The notes beneath the pieces are model-generated. The model was given only the letters and a program-made list of their open reading frames with translations. It ran no database searches and was not told the origin of the DNA. DNA of 64,000 nucleotides, taken from contig JAQWBI010000002.1 in NCBI GenBank assembly GCA_028706475.1, positions 19,123 to 83,122 on the forward strand, read 5' to 3'. Both the position numbers and the translations under genes were made by a program. The DNA is from Candidatus Cloacimonadota bacterium. Lineage in GTDB: Bacteria > Cloacimonadota > Cloacimonadia > Cloacimonadales > Cloacimonadaceae. This document shows positions 18,874 to 27,761 of the stretch, in pieces; position 1 is the first letter of the stretch, and each line of letters opens with the position of its first letter.

Positions 18874-19251
18874 TTATGCTTTCCACAAGCCATGCAGATT
18901 GCAATACTCTCGTACTGATTCCACTTCGGCTTTCTTAACCGGAAACTCCGCTACGGGAGCTTCTCCGGGTTTGAACTCGTGACGATATACTTTCTTCTTT
19001 GTAAGTACTTCCACAAAAACAATATAGTGCTTCTCTTCCATCGGATGAGGTACAGAACCTACCTCGACCCTGATGGAGTTACCCAAGTCGCTTACGACAG
19101 GAACGTGCTTTTCTTTGGCTGCGTCCACAGCATTCTCTTTTAATAGCTTCATCGGCTCGCCACAACATACCAATTCACCTTGACCACCATATACAGCTTC
19201 TACTGTATTTCCACATATTGGGCAATGCCATACTTGACGTAATGTAATCAT
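18874..19251 (-). CDS. dfx: desulfoferrodoxin (2Fe superoxide reductase)
   Basis: Start moved to the ATG at 19249-19251 (RBS GGAGGTAAAG). N-terminal desulforedoxin CPICGN...CCG motif and C-terminal SOR domain (KEKHVPV...HPMEEKHYI). Confidence 0.9.
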   Translation of the reverse strand: MITLRQVWHCPICGNTVEAVYGGQGELVCCGEPMKLLKENAVDAAKEKHVPVVSDLGNSIRVEVGSVPHPMEEKHYIVFVEVLTKKKVYRHEFKPGEAPVAEFPVKKAEVESVREYCNLHGLWKA

Positions 19252-19283
19252 CTTTACCTCCATGGTTTTAAGTCCATGTACCA

Positions 19284-19312
19284 AGTATCTTATGCTTAGT
19301 TTCTTTTGTCAA
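19284..19312 (-). promoter_or_regulatory. sigma70-like promoter of the dfx-rbr-rd cluster
   Basis: On the minus strand: TTGACA (19312-19307), 17-nt spacer, GATACT (19289-19284). The -35 lies in the spacer of the palindrome AGTTTCTT-N8-AAGAAACT (19298-19321). Confidence 0.45.
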
Positions 19313-19415
19313 TAAGAAACTTGACGAGAGAGTAACCTATTGACGTTAAAAATGGGCAGTATAGCCTTTTGCAGGCGCTGTTCCATTCTCAAACAGGCAG
19401 GTAATAGTATTACTG

Positions 19416-20201
19416 TTAGGTGATTTTGGAATATTGATCCCGGATCCACCCTTGGGCTACTGATACAAAGATTTCTTGTAAGTCATGCATGGCGACGGGA
19501 TCTAGCTTCCCTGTCCATTCGTCCATAAATATCTTTTTAAACTCCACGGCGATGCAGAGTACTCGATCGGGATAACGTTCATGGAGAAAGCGGGGCAATT
19601 GTCCACCGGGGAATTTCACATCACAGCGGACATCCAGTTGAGAATCCAAGAAGTCTTTCCCCTTCAACCTCTCTCGTAAATCTTCCACCAAGGGGTAGAG
19701 CTTTTGGGGCATATTGCTGCGCCCCAGGATGATATCAGGATTATCAATCTGGGGATCTGGTTCTGCATCTGCTCCACCACGGCGGTGGTTGAAGCTGTGA
19801 ATATCCAGCACAAATAGAAAGGGGTGGATGTTCAACAATCTGTTCACCTGATAGATGAGAGTGTTGTACCAATCAGTATAAGAACCGAGCAAGTCTTTGT
19901 ACAAAGGATCAGGCATCGTTCCAATTCTGGTTTCCAAGCCCCAGGCATCTTCTGGCTTCAGATATACGCATTTCTCCAGTCCCCGGTTCAGATCCACGGC
20001 AAAACGGCTGGTTTCCACTATCAAGTGGTTTTCAAATAAGGCAGCGAAAAGCCCGGTATGAGGGTCCTCTTCACGAAAGCGGTCTGAAGCGCTTATGCTT
20101 GTATAAGGTTTCATGGCCTCAGGAATCCGATGTCCATTGTGAATTGCAAGTGCCAGAACTGGCTTTTTGCTGTCTCCAAGATTGTATTTACACTGAATCA
20201 T
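19416..20201 (-). CDS. N-formylglutamate amidohydrolase family protein
   Basis: Start moved to the ATG at 20199-20201 (MIQCKYNLG...), which forms an ATGA overlap with the upstream gene. It resembles the FGase family pattern (HNGH...D..T...E.SR...DLNR...H). Confidence 0.7.
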   Translation of the reverse strand: MIQCKYNLGDSKKPVLALAIHNGHRIPEAMKPYTSISASDRFREEDPHTGLFAALFENHLIVETSRFAVDLNRGLEKCVYLKPEDAWGLETRIGTMPDPLYKDLLGSYTDWYNTLIYQVNRLLNIHPFLFVLDIHSFNHRRGGADAEPDPQIDNPDIILGRSNMPQKLYPLVEDLRERLKGKDFLDSQLDVRCDVKFPGGQLPRFLHERYPDRVLCIAVEFKKIFMDEWTGKLDPVAMHDLQEIFVSVAQGWIRDQYSKIT

Positions 20202-20869
20202 ACGTCTATGGGATATGTCTCCATCAATTCCATAAGTTTTTGCAGGATTGCCAGATATCGTTCTATATCGGCAAGTTCTATAATGCTGTTTTCCAGCCAA
20301 ATACCCAGGGCGTTCAAATCGATCTTGGTGATCAAAGCAGCTTGATCAAAGAGATCTTTGCGGCTCTGAGGATATGTCTGATTTGCCAGGAAGAAGAAGC
20401 CTTTAAATGCGGGAATCAACGCTCGAATGGAAATGTGCAGAGTCTCTCGCAGATTGCGGCTGTTCATCCGGCCTTCCAAAACAATCTGGCGAGTAAGGAG
20501 CCATTTACTCTTGAACTCGCGCTCCATTTGCAGACGAACATCGGAAGGCACTATTTTCAGATTTGAAAGCAAGTCCTCTTTCTGCATCAGATTCATGTGT
20601 TGGCTGCTAACTATGTTGATGAACTCAAGCGGATAGGAATCCAGAGAATACTGGATAAAACGGCGATTGATTATCAGGGGCAAATTCAATCTATGCTTGT
20701 GGATATATTTGGCCAAAGGAGTCAGCTTCAGCAGCCAGCCGTCAGGATCCTCGTCCAGGATTACTACAGAGTTGTAACTGCCCCAGAGGTCTTTGTACAC
20801 GTTTACTTGGATCAAGCGATCCTGGATATTGCTGAGTGCATTCAGCAAACCGCCATAAGGATGGTTCAT
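20198..20869 (-). CDS. hypothetical protein (helical C-terminal half; no family recognised)
   Basis: 223-aa ORF translationally coupled on both sides (4-nt overlaps with glyQ and the FGase-like gene). Confidence 0.5.
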   Translation of the reverse strand: MNHPYGGLLNALSNIQDRLIQVNVYKDLWGSYNSVVILDEDPDGWLLKLTPLAKYIHKHRLNLPLIINRRFIQYSLDSYPLEFINIVSSQHMNLMQKEDLLSNLKIVPSDVRLQMEREFKSKWLLTRQIVLEGRMNSRNLRETLHISIRALIPAFKGFFFLANQTYPQSRKDLFDQAALITKIDLNALGIWLENSIIELADIERYLAILQKLMELMETYPIDV

Positions 20870-21720
20870 TTTTCCTCCTTACAATACTTTGCCATGTAGG
20901 TGGTGGCACATATCTTTGCCAGATTGCGGATTCTGCCGATGTAGGCAGCACGCTCAGTAACGCTGATCACGCCTCTGGCATCCAGCAGGTTGAAGGTGTG
21001 AGAGCTCTTCAGAAGCATATCGTAGGCGGGATATACCAACCCCCCCTGGATTAGTCTCTGGCACTCGGTTTCGTATTTTGTAAACAAATCAAAAAGGAGA
21101 GCGGTGTCCGCATACTCAAAGTTGTAGGCAGAGTATTCCAGTTCTTTGTGATAATATAAGTCCGCATATTTGCTTTTGGCACTGTAATCCAACTCTCGAT
21201 AATCTGAGACATCTTGAATATACATCGCCAAGCGCTCCAAACCATATGTCAGCTCCACCGGAACTGGGAATACATCCACACTGCCGACTTGTTGAAAATA
21301 TGTGAATTGTGATATCTCCATGCCATCCAACCATACTTCCCAACCCAAGCCCCAGGCGCCCAGGGTAGGAGACTCCCAATCGTCTTCCACAAAGCGAATA
21401 TCATGTTTCTCCAATTCGATACCAATAGCTTGAAGACTCTTCAGATACTGATTCTGGATGTCGTCCGGGCAGGGCTTGATGATCACCTGAAACTGGTAAT
21501 AATGCTGAAAGCGATTAGGATTGTCCCCATAACGTCCGTCTTTGGGTCTGCGGCAGGCTTGGGGATAGGCGATGGCGGTGTCTTTATTTCCTAAAGCGCC
21601 AAAGAAAGTGGCCGGATGAAAGGTTCCGGCACCCATTTCGATGTCGTATGGCTGAATCAAGTTGCAGCCCTTTCCCGCCCAAAATTCTTGAAGGCATTGG
21701 ATTATACGTTGAAATTCCAT
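20866..21720 (-). CDS. glyQ: glycine--tRNA ligase alpha subunit
   Basis: 284 aa. FQ.II..LQ.FW...GC...QPYD.E.GAGT.HPAT and many other colinear GlyQ motifs. Confidence 0.95.
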   Translation of the reverse strand: MEFQRIIQCLQEFWAGKGCNLIQPYDIEMGAGTFHPATFFGALGNKDTAIAYPQACRRPKDGRYGDNPNRFQHYYQFQVIIKPCPDDIQNQYLKSLQAIGIELEKHDIRFVEDDWESPTLGAWGLGWEVWLDGMEISQFTYFQQVGSVDVFPVPVELTYGLERLAMYIQDVSDYRELDYSAKSKYADLYYHKELEYSAYNFEYADTALLFDLFTKYETECQRLIQGGLVYPAYDMLLKSSHTFNLLDARGVISVTERAAYIGRIRNLAKICATTYMAKYCKEEK

Positions 21721-21723
21721 TTG

Positions 21724-22101
21724 TTATTTTCCTGCTAATTTTCTACATTCTTTCTTCAGTTGAATGAGACCGTTCTTTAAGTCCATCAGTTCTTTTGCAA
21801 TTGCCGGCAAGGCCGCATCCACTTTTAGTCTCTGCTTGGCCACCGCTTCTTCGCGTAGCTCTTGCCGCAGTTCTTTATCCAATCTCAGCTTCTGCTTGGC
21901 TCCCTCAATAGTATAGTGTTGGTTGTATAGCATGTCCTTGATCTTCTTCAGGGTTTCAATTTGCTGCAGATTGTAACGGCGTTTGTGTCCGCTCTTTTTG
22001 GGGCGGATGGCGGGAATCTCTACTTCCCAATAGCGTAAAACATGAGGTTTGACATCCAACAGATTGCTTACTTCGCCAATACTGTAATAATGCTTGGTCA
22101 T
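21724..22101 (-). CDS. MerR-family HTH transcriptional regulator
   Basis: 125 aa. YSIGEVSNLLDVKPHVLRYWE helix-turn-helix followed by a coiled-coil tail. Confidence 0.75.
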   Translation of the reverse strand: MTKHYYSIGEVSNLLDVKPHVLRYWEVEIPAIRPKKSGHKRRYNLQQIETLKKIKDMLYNQHYTIEGAKQKLRLDKELRQELREEAVAKQRLKVDAALPAIAKELMDLKNGLIQLKKECRKLAGK

Positions 22102-23591
22102 AGGCCTCTCCTTGGAATAATGAAGCTATAGATGGTAAGGACTGCCGTAAGGCACACAAATATCCAGGGGTAAGGATAGATTCTATGATATAAGGGCGTA
22201 TCGGCACATGTGTAGAGCTCCGCGTTAATGTTGGTACGTTCAAACAATGAGGCCGAGCTGATAATCTCTCCCTTTGGATTTACGATCATGGAAATACCGG
22301 TATTGGCACTACGATAAATCTGTATGCGAGATTCGATTGCCCTAAATTTACTCATCATGCCATGCAACCATGGGCCGTATGAGGTTCCGAACCAAGCATC
22401 GTTCGTGATGTTCACATGAAAATCTGCTTTACGGGAGTTGAAATTTGCCCGCTGCATAAAATGCGGGAAGGCCAATTCGTAACATATGGAGGGAGTGAAC
22501 TCCATACCGTCATATTCATAACGAGGGATGGTGGTGCCAAACTCCCAATTTGCCTGACCAAACTGCAGCTTCCACAAAAAGGGGAAATGATCCAACCACA
22601 GCATTCTTTCACCCACCGGAACCAGGATGTTTTTGTAGAACAGTTTGGGTTCATGTCGATAAGGGTGAAAAAGAGCGGCAGCATTGTAATAGTAATGGGA
22701 TTGAGGATGTTCCGGAGGAGCTTGTTCCACATGGGGAAAGCCGGTGAAAATGCTCATTTGATTTGCGTCTATAATGCTGGTCAGATCTGTGTGGGCTTGC
22801 TCTGAATACATCAGATAGTCCGGGATGGCTGCTTCGGGATAGATATGCAGTTGAGTTCCGTTTTTAGAAGCTTGCGCACTTAGTTCCCGATATACTTCAA
22901 TAATTTCCCGGTATTTCTCGATATCCCATTTCTCATCTTGCTCTATGGATGGCTGCATCACGCTGATTCTTTGGCTTTGCTTCTCTAGAGGCAAGGTGAG
23001 CAGGCGGTATTGGCCGTACGCATACCAGGCTATACAGCACACGACTATGGGAAAGATTGCTCTGCGTTTGCCCAGAGTAAGCTGATAAACTAAATAATTG
23101 ATGCTAAGCACTAACAGAGCTAGCAGGCTCAATCCACCCAAATCCAAAGCTTGCAAAAGAGTAGTGTAATCCGCTAGGGAGTAGCCTATGTTCCACCATG
23201 GGAAGCGCATTTCGCCAAAGTTTTGCAGATACTCAAAGCTGATGATGGCGGTTACAAAGATCGGGTAGGCAAGTGCCTGGGATTTGCGCCACACCTGTTC
23301 GATAACCAAAAAAGTGATTAGATAATACACTGAAAAGATCAGCCATATTCCCACCAATCCGAGCAGAGTAACCAAACCAATCCAGTTGAAAACCACCAAA
23401 ATCTGCACCAAACAGAACAACATAGCGGAGATCAGGTTTTGTTTTAATGTATGCTTGCCTTGCTTAAAGTAATACAACAGTGGCACAAACGCCACGAACA
23501 CAAGCCAGCCCAAGTACAATGGAACCCGGGACAGGCTTAACAGAATCCCTGCAATCAGGGGCAAGTAGAAGGTTTTAAAGAACCTCAGCAT
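22098..23591 (-). CDS. lnt: apolipoprotein N-acyltransferase
   Basis: 497 aa. Multi-TM N-terminal half and a C-terminal nitrilase/CN-hydrolase domain (ICYE..FP catalytic Cys region, NITNDAWFG). Confidence 0.85.
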   Translation of the reverse strand: MLRFFKTFYLPLIAGILLSLSRVPLYLGWLVFVAFVPLLYYFKQGKHTLKQNLISAMLFCLVQILVVFNWIGLVTLLGLVGIWLIFSVYYLITFLVIEQVWRKSQALAYPIFVTAIISFEYLQNFGEMRFPWWNIGYSLADYTTLLQALDLGGLSLLALLVLSINYLVYQLTLGKRRAIFPIVVCCIAWYAYGQYRLLTLPLEKQSQRISVMQPSIEQDEKWDIEKYREIIEVYRELSAQASKNGTQLHIYPEAAIPDYLMYSEQAHTDLTSIIDANQMSIFTGFPHVEQAPPEHPQSHYYYNAAALFHPYRHEPKLFYKNILVPVGERMLWLDHFPFLWKLQFGQANWEFGTTIPRYEYDGMEFTPSICYELAFPHFMQRANFNSRKADFHVNITNDAWFGTSYGPWLHGMMSKFRAIESRIQIYRSANTGISMIVNPKGEIISSASLFERTNINAELYTCADTPLYHRIYPYPWIFVCLTAVLTIYSFIIPRRGL

Positions 23592-24387
23592 AATCCAGTT
23601 TCAACAAACGCACTTGTTTGCCTACCACAATCGCAATAGTATCACCACAGATAGTCATCAGCCCCACTTCGCCAGTCATTGGCAGCCATGCCGAACTCAT
23701 CTTGCTGATAAGTGCCTCGTCATTCAAGCCAATAGCATTGTTGTAGAGGTCATACACCAATTGTCCGCTATCTTTGGAGATCATCTGCCCCAAACTGGAG
23801 AACAGCGTGTTTTCCCCTTTGGTATCGTCGTAAGCCACCACATAATCTTTATTTGCGTACAGCATATGTACGGTGCTCAATTCGAACTTGCCGAAGCGGT
23901 ACAGTTCAGCTCCTTCCAGCAAGTCATAGGCGATGATCTCTGATCCGGCCGCATCGTAAACAAAGACATTCTGGCTGTTTCCCAGAGCCAGTTTCGTGGG
24001 TTGTTGCACATAGCTCAGTTCCATATCCCCGATCAGTTTCCCATCGGGATTGAACTTTTTTATCACTCTAGCTACAGAATCCAGTGCGAAGATGCTGCCA
24101 TCCTGTGACATGGTAAAATCTGCCAAACTGCGAAAGTTTGTAGCTTGGTTTCCCAATCCACCAATGGCGTTTTGACGCTTGCCGTTGCGCCAAAAGACAA
24201 TTTCCTGACTCCCGGTTTGCATGGCATAAACTGTCTTCGTACCGGGGTGATAATAAGCCTTTTGCACAGTTTCTTCGAAACTAATGGTATCAAACAGAGT
24301 GAATGTGCTTATTTCCCTGGGGAGGCCTTTTTTGGAGGCCGAGCAGCCCAATAAGACAAGTAGCAGAAGAAAGCTTATCTTTCTCAT
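23575..24387 (-). CDS. hypothetical lipoprotein (repetitive beta-strand, NHL/beta-propeller-like)
   Basis: Lipobox LLGC at aa 12-15. 270 aa. Overlaps lnt by 17 nt. Confidence 0.55.
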   Translation of the reverse strand: MRKISFLLLLVLLGCSASKKGLPREISTFTLFDTISFEETVQKAYYHPGTKTVYAMQTGSQEIVFWRNGKRQNAIGGLGNQATNFRSLADFTMSQDGSIFALDSVARVIKKFNPDGKLIGDMELSYVQQPTKLALGNSQNVFVYDAAGSEIIAYDLLEGAELYRFGKFELSTVHMLYANKDYVVAYDDTKGENTLFSSLGQMISKDSGQLVYDLYNNAIGLNDEALISKMSSAWLPMTGEVGLMTICGDTIAIVVGKQVRLLKLDYAEVL

Positions 24388-24390
24388 TTC

Positions 24391-26112
24391 TCACGCTCCT
24401 AATATTTGCAGGTCTTTCAGTTTCCCCTGGATCGACGATTTGTTGCCAAATCTATTGTATTCCAGTGTGTAGGCGATGTTTATGATGCTATTCTTTTTCA
24501 GTAGAGTAAGGTAATCGCCTAGATTGTATCCGATCAAATCCAAAGCGACTCCATCCTTGACCACTTTCAGCTTCAAGTGGTTTCGGCCGACGTTATACGG
24601 ATAATTTGCCACGCTTACATTGCGCGTCATAAAGGTGGGACGCAGGTTCTCTGGCCCAAAGGGGGCAAATCGCTCCAGGCTGTCCAGAAGGTATTCATTG
24701 ATGTCGTAAAGCTCTATCTCATGATCGATTACCAAGGGAGGCTGGATCTGATCCAATTGCAGATTGTCCGCTACATAGCGGGAAAGCTCATTCTCAAAAC
24801 GATCCAGGTATTCCTGATATATGGTAAGTCCCACTGCGTATTTATGACCACCGAAACTGTGCAGATTGTGTTCGATATGCTGCAAGGCAGAAAAGAGATC
24901 AAAATCTGCTACAGAGCGACCAGAGCCGCTGCCAAAACCATCTTTGAAGGAGATCATGATTACAGGCCGGTAATACTTTTCCACCAGCTTGGAGGCCACG
25001 ATACCGATCACACCCTGATGCCAATCGTCTGAAGACACAATCATGCAAGGAGTATTGCCCATATTCTTATATTTCTTCTCTATGATCTCGCAGGCTTCAT
25101 GGAAGGTTTTCTGATCTTCCTGTTGACGCAGGGAATTATCACGTTCGATCATCTCAGCCAGTTCCATGGAGTGTACTTCATCGGTGGAGATCAGCAGCTC
25201 CACCGCCAAAGCGGCGCTTCCCATTCGTCCCGCGGCATTTATCCGAGGAGCGATGCCAAACACGATATCTGTGGTATCCAGAGTTTTCTGATTTAAACCG
25301 CAGAGTTGAATAAGGGCGTTCAATCCCAGGTTCTTCATCTCGATGAGGTGTTGTAGCCCGATGGAGGCAAAGATGCGGTTCTCTCCGATCAAGGGAACGA
25401 TATCCGCAATCGTACCTACAGCAACCAAGTCCATATACTTCAACACATTCTCTGTGCCATCGATGCCCAGTTTCTTGTAGATCGCCATCAAGAGTTTGTA
25501 TGCAACACCCACTCCGGCAAGATGAGGGAAGGGGTATTTACAACCGGGGATCTTTGGATTGATGGTTGCCAATGCTGGAGGTAGTTCAGCTTTAGGATTG
25601 TGATGGTCAGTGATGATGATCTCCATTCCCAAGTCCGAAATAGCCTTGATCTCTTCCATGGCGTTTACACCGCAATCCACACTGATGATCAACTTGCTGC
25701 CGTTTTCCCGTAGTTGATCCAGACTGCCCAAAGACAGTCCATAACCGTCTATCATACGGTGGGGGATGTAAAAATCGATGTTTGCCCCGATGCGTTTTAA
25801 ACCCAGGTACAGAAGTGCGGTGGCAGTAGTGCCATCCACATCGTAATCTCCGTATATGGTGATTAGCTCCTTCTTGTCCACTGCTGCCAAAATACGTTCT
25901 ACGGCAATCTCCATCTCTTCAAACAGATAAGGATCGGTTATTTGGGAGAGATCGGGATTGAAGAAATCATAGATGTCCTTCGCTCGATGCAAGCCACGAC
26001 GATATAGAAGTTCTGCGATCAGATCGCCAACTTTCAACTCTGTAGCTATGCTCCGTACGGCCTCAACATCCTCAGCATTCAGACCAGGTGGGATGAGCCA
26101 CTTTTTGTCCAT
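24391..26112 (-). CDS. recJ: single-stranded-DNA-specific exonuclease RecJ
   Basis: 573 aa. DHH motifs (YGDYDVDG, ITDHH, GGH) and the DHHA1 domain. Confidence 0.9.
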   Translation of the reverse strand: MDKKWLIPPGLNAEDVEAVRSIATELKVGDLIAELLYRRGLHRAKDIYDFFNPDLSQITDPYLFEEMEIAVERILAAVDKKELITIYGDYDVDGTTATALLYLGLKRIGANIDFYIPHRMIDGYGLSLGSLDQLRENGSKLIISVDCGVNAMEEIKAISDLGMEIIITDHHNPKAELPPALATINPKIPGCKYPFPHLAGVGVAYKLLMAIYKKLGIDGTENVLKYMDLVAVGTIADIVPLIGENRIFASIGLQHLIEMKNLGLNALIQLCGLNQKTLDTTDIVFGIAPRINAAGRMGSAALAVELLISTDEVHSMELAEMIERDNSLRQQEDQKTFHEACEIIEKKYKNMGNTPCMIVSSDDWHQGVIGIVASKLVEKYYRPVIMISFKDGFGSGSGRSVADFDLFSALQHIEHNLHSFGGHKYAVGLTIYQEYLDRFENELSRYVADNLQLDQIQPPLVIDHEIELYDINEYLLDSLERFAPFGPENLRPTFMTRNVSVANYPYNVGRNHLKLKVVKDGVALDLIGYNLGDYLTLLKKNSIINIAYTLEYNRFGNKSSIQGKLKDLQILGA

Positions 26113-26528
26113 GCTTTATCCTTTATTCATTTTATTTATTCTCAATATCTTGGAGGAGTGATCCGGTGATCGATTATGATCTCTTTTATACTATCTTCAA
26201 TGTTCGATGCAGATTCCACACCTCATTAAATGTCATTAAATTGAGGCAGTCAAATCTTGTAAAGGACTAATTTGAGCCGTATGGGACGTCCATGCGAAAA
26301 TGCTATTCAGGACAATAGACACAGTATTATAATCCCTATGATCTATTGAATTTACAATTTCTGTATGCTTTATCTGGATAATCCGTAGAAGAATCCGGCA
26401 GCGTGGGGCAGGTGAGCATACCTACCCAATCAATATCGACATATGCAACATGATTTCTCTTGCCAGATTCTGGGTAACAGCAAAGTATGATCTAATACAC
26501 TATGGAATTAATCTACTAAGGAATATGC

Positions 26529-26879
26529 GTGATAGATATACTTTATTCCACAAAGCTATTTTGGCCGCTACTCGCTGCATTTGTACTGCTGAACGGCTTT
26601 GATGCTCATTCCACATATCTCGTGATGTGGCCTCACTATTACTATCGAGAGCGAAATCCGGTGGCACGCTGGGCGTTTCGCAAGATGGGCTTACCCCGTG
26701 GGATCATCATTTTTAAGCTTGTTTTACTAGCGATACTTATTCCTGCCATGATCTATTACTCCTGCCACGATGTATTTACCATAAACATTGTGCTTCTGGT
26801 TAGCAATATGGTCTTTTTGGCAGTTGTGATTCATAATTACAGAGTGCATCGCAGGATCCATAAAAGGAGAGATATATGA
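26529..26879 (+). CDS. small membrane protein (DUF5658-like)
   Basis: 116 aa with 3-4 TM helices and an LLNGFDAHSTY motif. GTG start with an AAGGAA RBS. Overlaps the patatin gene by 4 nt. Confidence 0.5.
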   Translation: MIDILYSTKLFWPLLAAFVLLNGFDAHSTYLVMWPHYYYRERNPVARWAFRKMGLPRGIIIFKLVLLAILIPAMIYYSCHDVFTINIVLLVSNMVFLAVVIHNYRVHRRIHKRRDI

Positions 26880-27745
26880 AAAAGGCCATTCTGATACTGG
26901 GTGGAGGCTCTGCTTACGGCTTGGCCCATATTGGTGTAATTAAGGCGATTAAGGAACAGTACGAGATCAGTTCTGTGATCGGCACTTCCATGGGTGCGAT
27001 CATCGGAGGCTGTCTCGCCTGCGGTCTGGAAGCAGAAGAAATGCTCGGTCTGGCAGAAGATGTATCCACCAGAGAGCTTTTCAATCCCCTCAATCTGGAT
27101 TTCTCTCGCAGCGGGATTTTCGACGGTAAGACCATCCTGAAGAAATTTGCAGAATGGACCGATGGCCGCAGAATAGAGGATACGGATATTCCCTACATTG
27201 CTGTAGCGTATGACCTCAATCGGCAAGCGACTATCCTGATCGATAGCGGCTCTTTGGCAGACGCCATGCGTGCTTCCAGTTCTCTGCCCTTCATCTTTGC
27301 TCCTCACGCGATGAGCGACTATCAGTTTGTGGACGGTGGAGTCTCTCATCCCTTACCTCTTGCCTTTGTTGACGGATTACCGGGGGAAATTACGATTGCA
27401 GTAAACGTGTTGCCGCATGTGGCAAACAAAGCAGAGCATTACATCCCGAGTAAAGCCAGGACTCCAAGAAAGCTATTGCATTATAATGTGTTTATGCAAT
27501 CCCTGATGCAAAACCAAGGTTTCATGGCTATTCAATCCATCATAAACCATAAACCGGACATCATCATCGATGCACATCAGCCGCAACTGGGCTTCACAGA
27601 CCTGAAAAAGGCTAGAGAATTCTTTGATTTTGGCTATGAACAGGCCGTAAATGCTTTCAAAGATCATTCTGAACCTGGCTTTGCGCTCAGGTTGCGGGAC
27701 AGCTACGAGCAGTTACTATCCCGTCTTGTGCACAAAAACCGCTGA
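26876..27745 (+). CDS. patatin-like phospholipase
   Basis: GGGSAYG oxyanion motif, GTSMG (GxSxG) nucleophile and DGG catalytic Asp motif. Confidence 0.85.
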   Translation: MKKAILILGGGSAYGLAHIGVIKAIKEQYEISSVIGTSMGAIIGGCLACGLEAEEMLGLAEDVSTRELFNPLNLDFSRSGIFDGKTILKKFAEWTDGRRIEDTDIPYIAVAYDLNRQATILIDSGSLADAMRASSSLPFIFAPHAMSDYQFVDGGVSHPLPLAFVDGLPGEITIAVNVLPHVANKAEHYIPSKARTPRKLLHYNVFMQSLMQNQGFMAIQSIINHKPDIIIDAHQPQLGFTDLKKAREFFDFGYEQAVNAFKDHSEPGFALRLRDSYEQLLSRLVHKNR

Positions 27746-27761
27746 GGCCTTTCGGATATTA

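Noticed and set aside
26113-26528. The 416-bp divergent gap recJ|DUF5658-like, searched for modules A, B and C or an RNA gene.
   Set aside because: I found only weak partial resemblance (GTGATCGATTATGATC) and short direct repeats (TCATTAAA twice). Nothing could be defended beyond ordinary promoter DNA.
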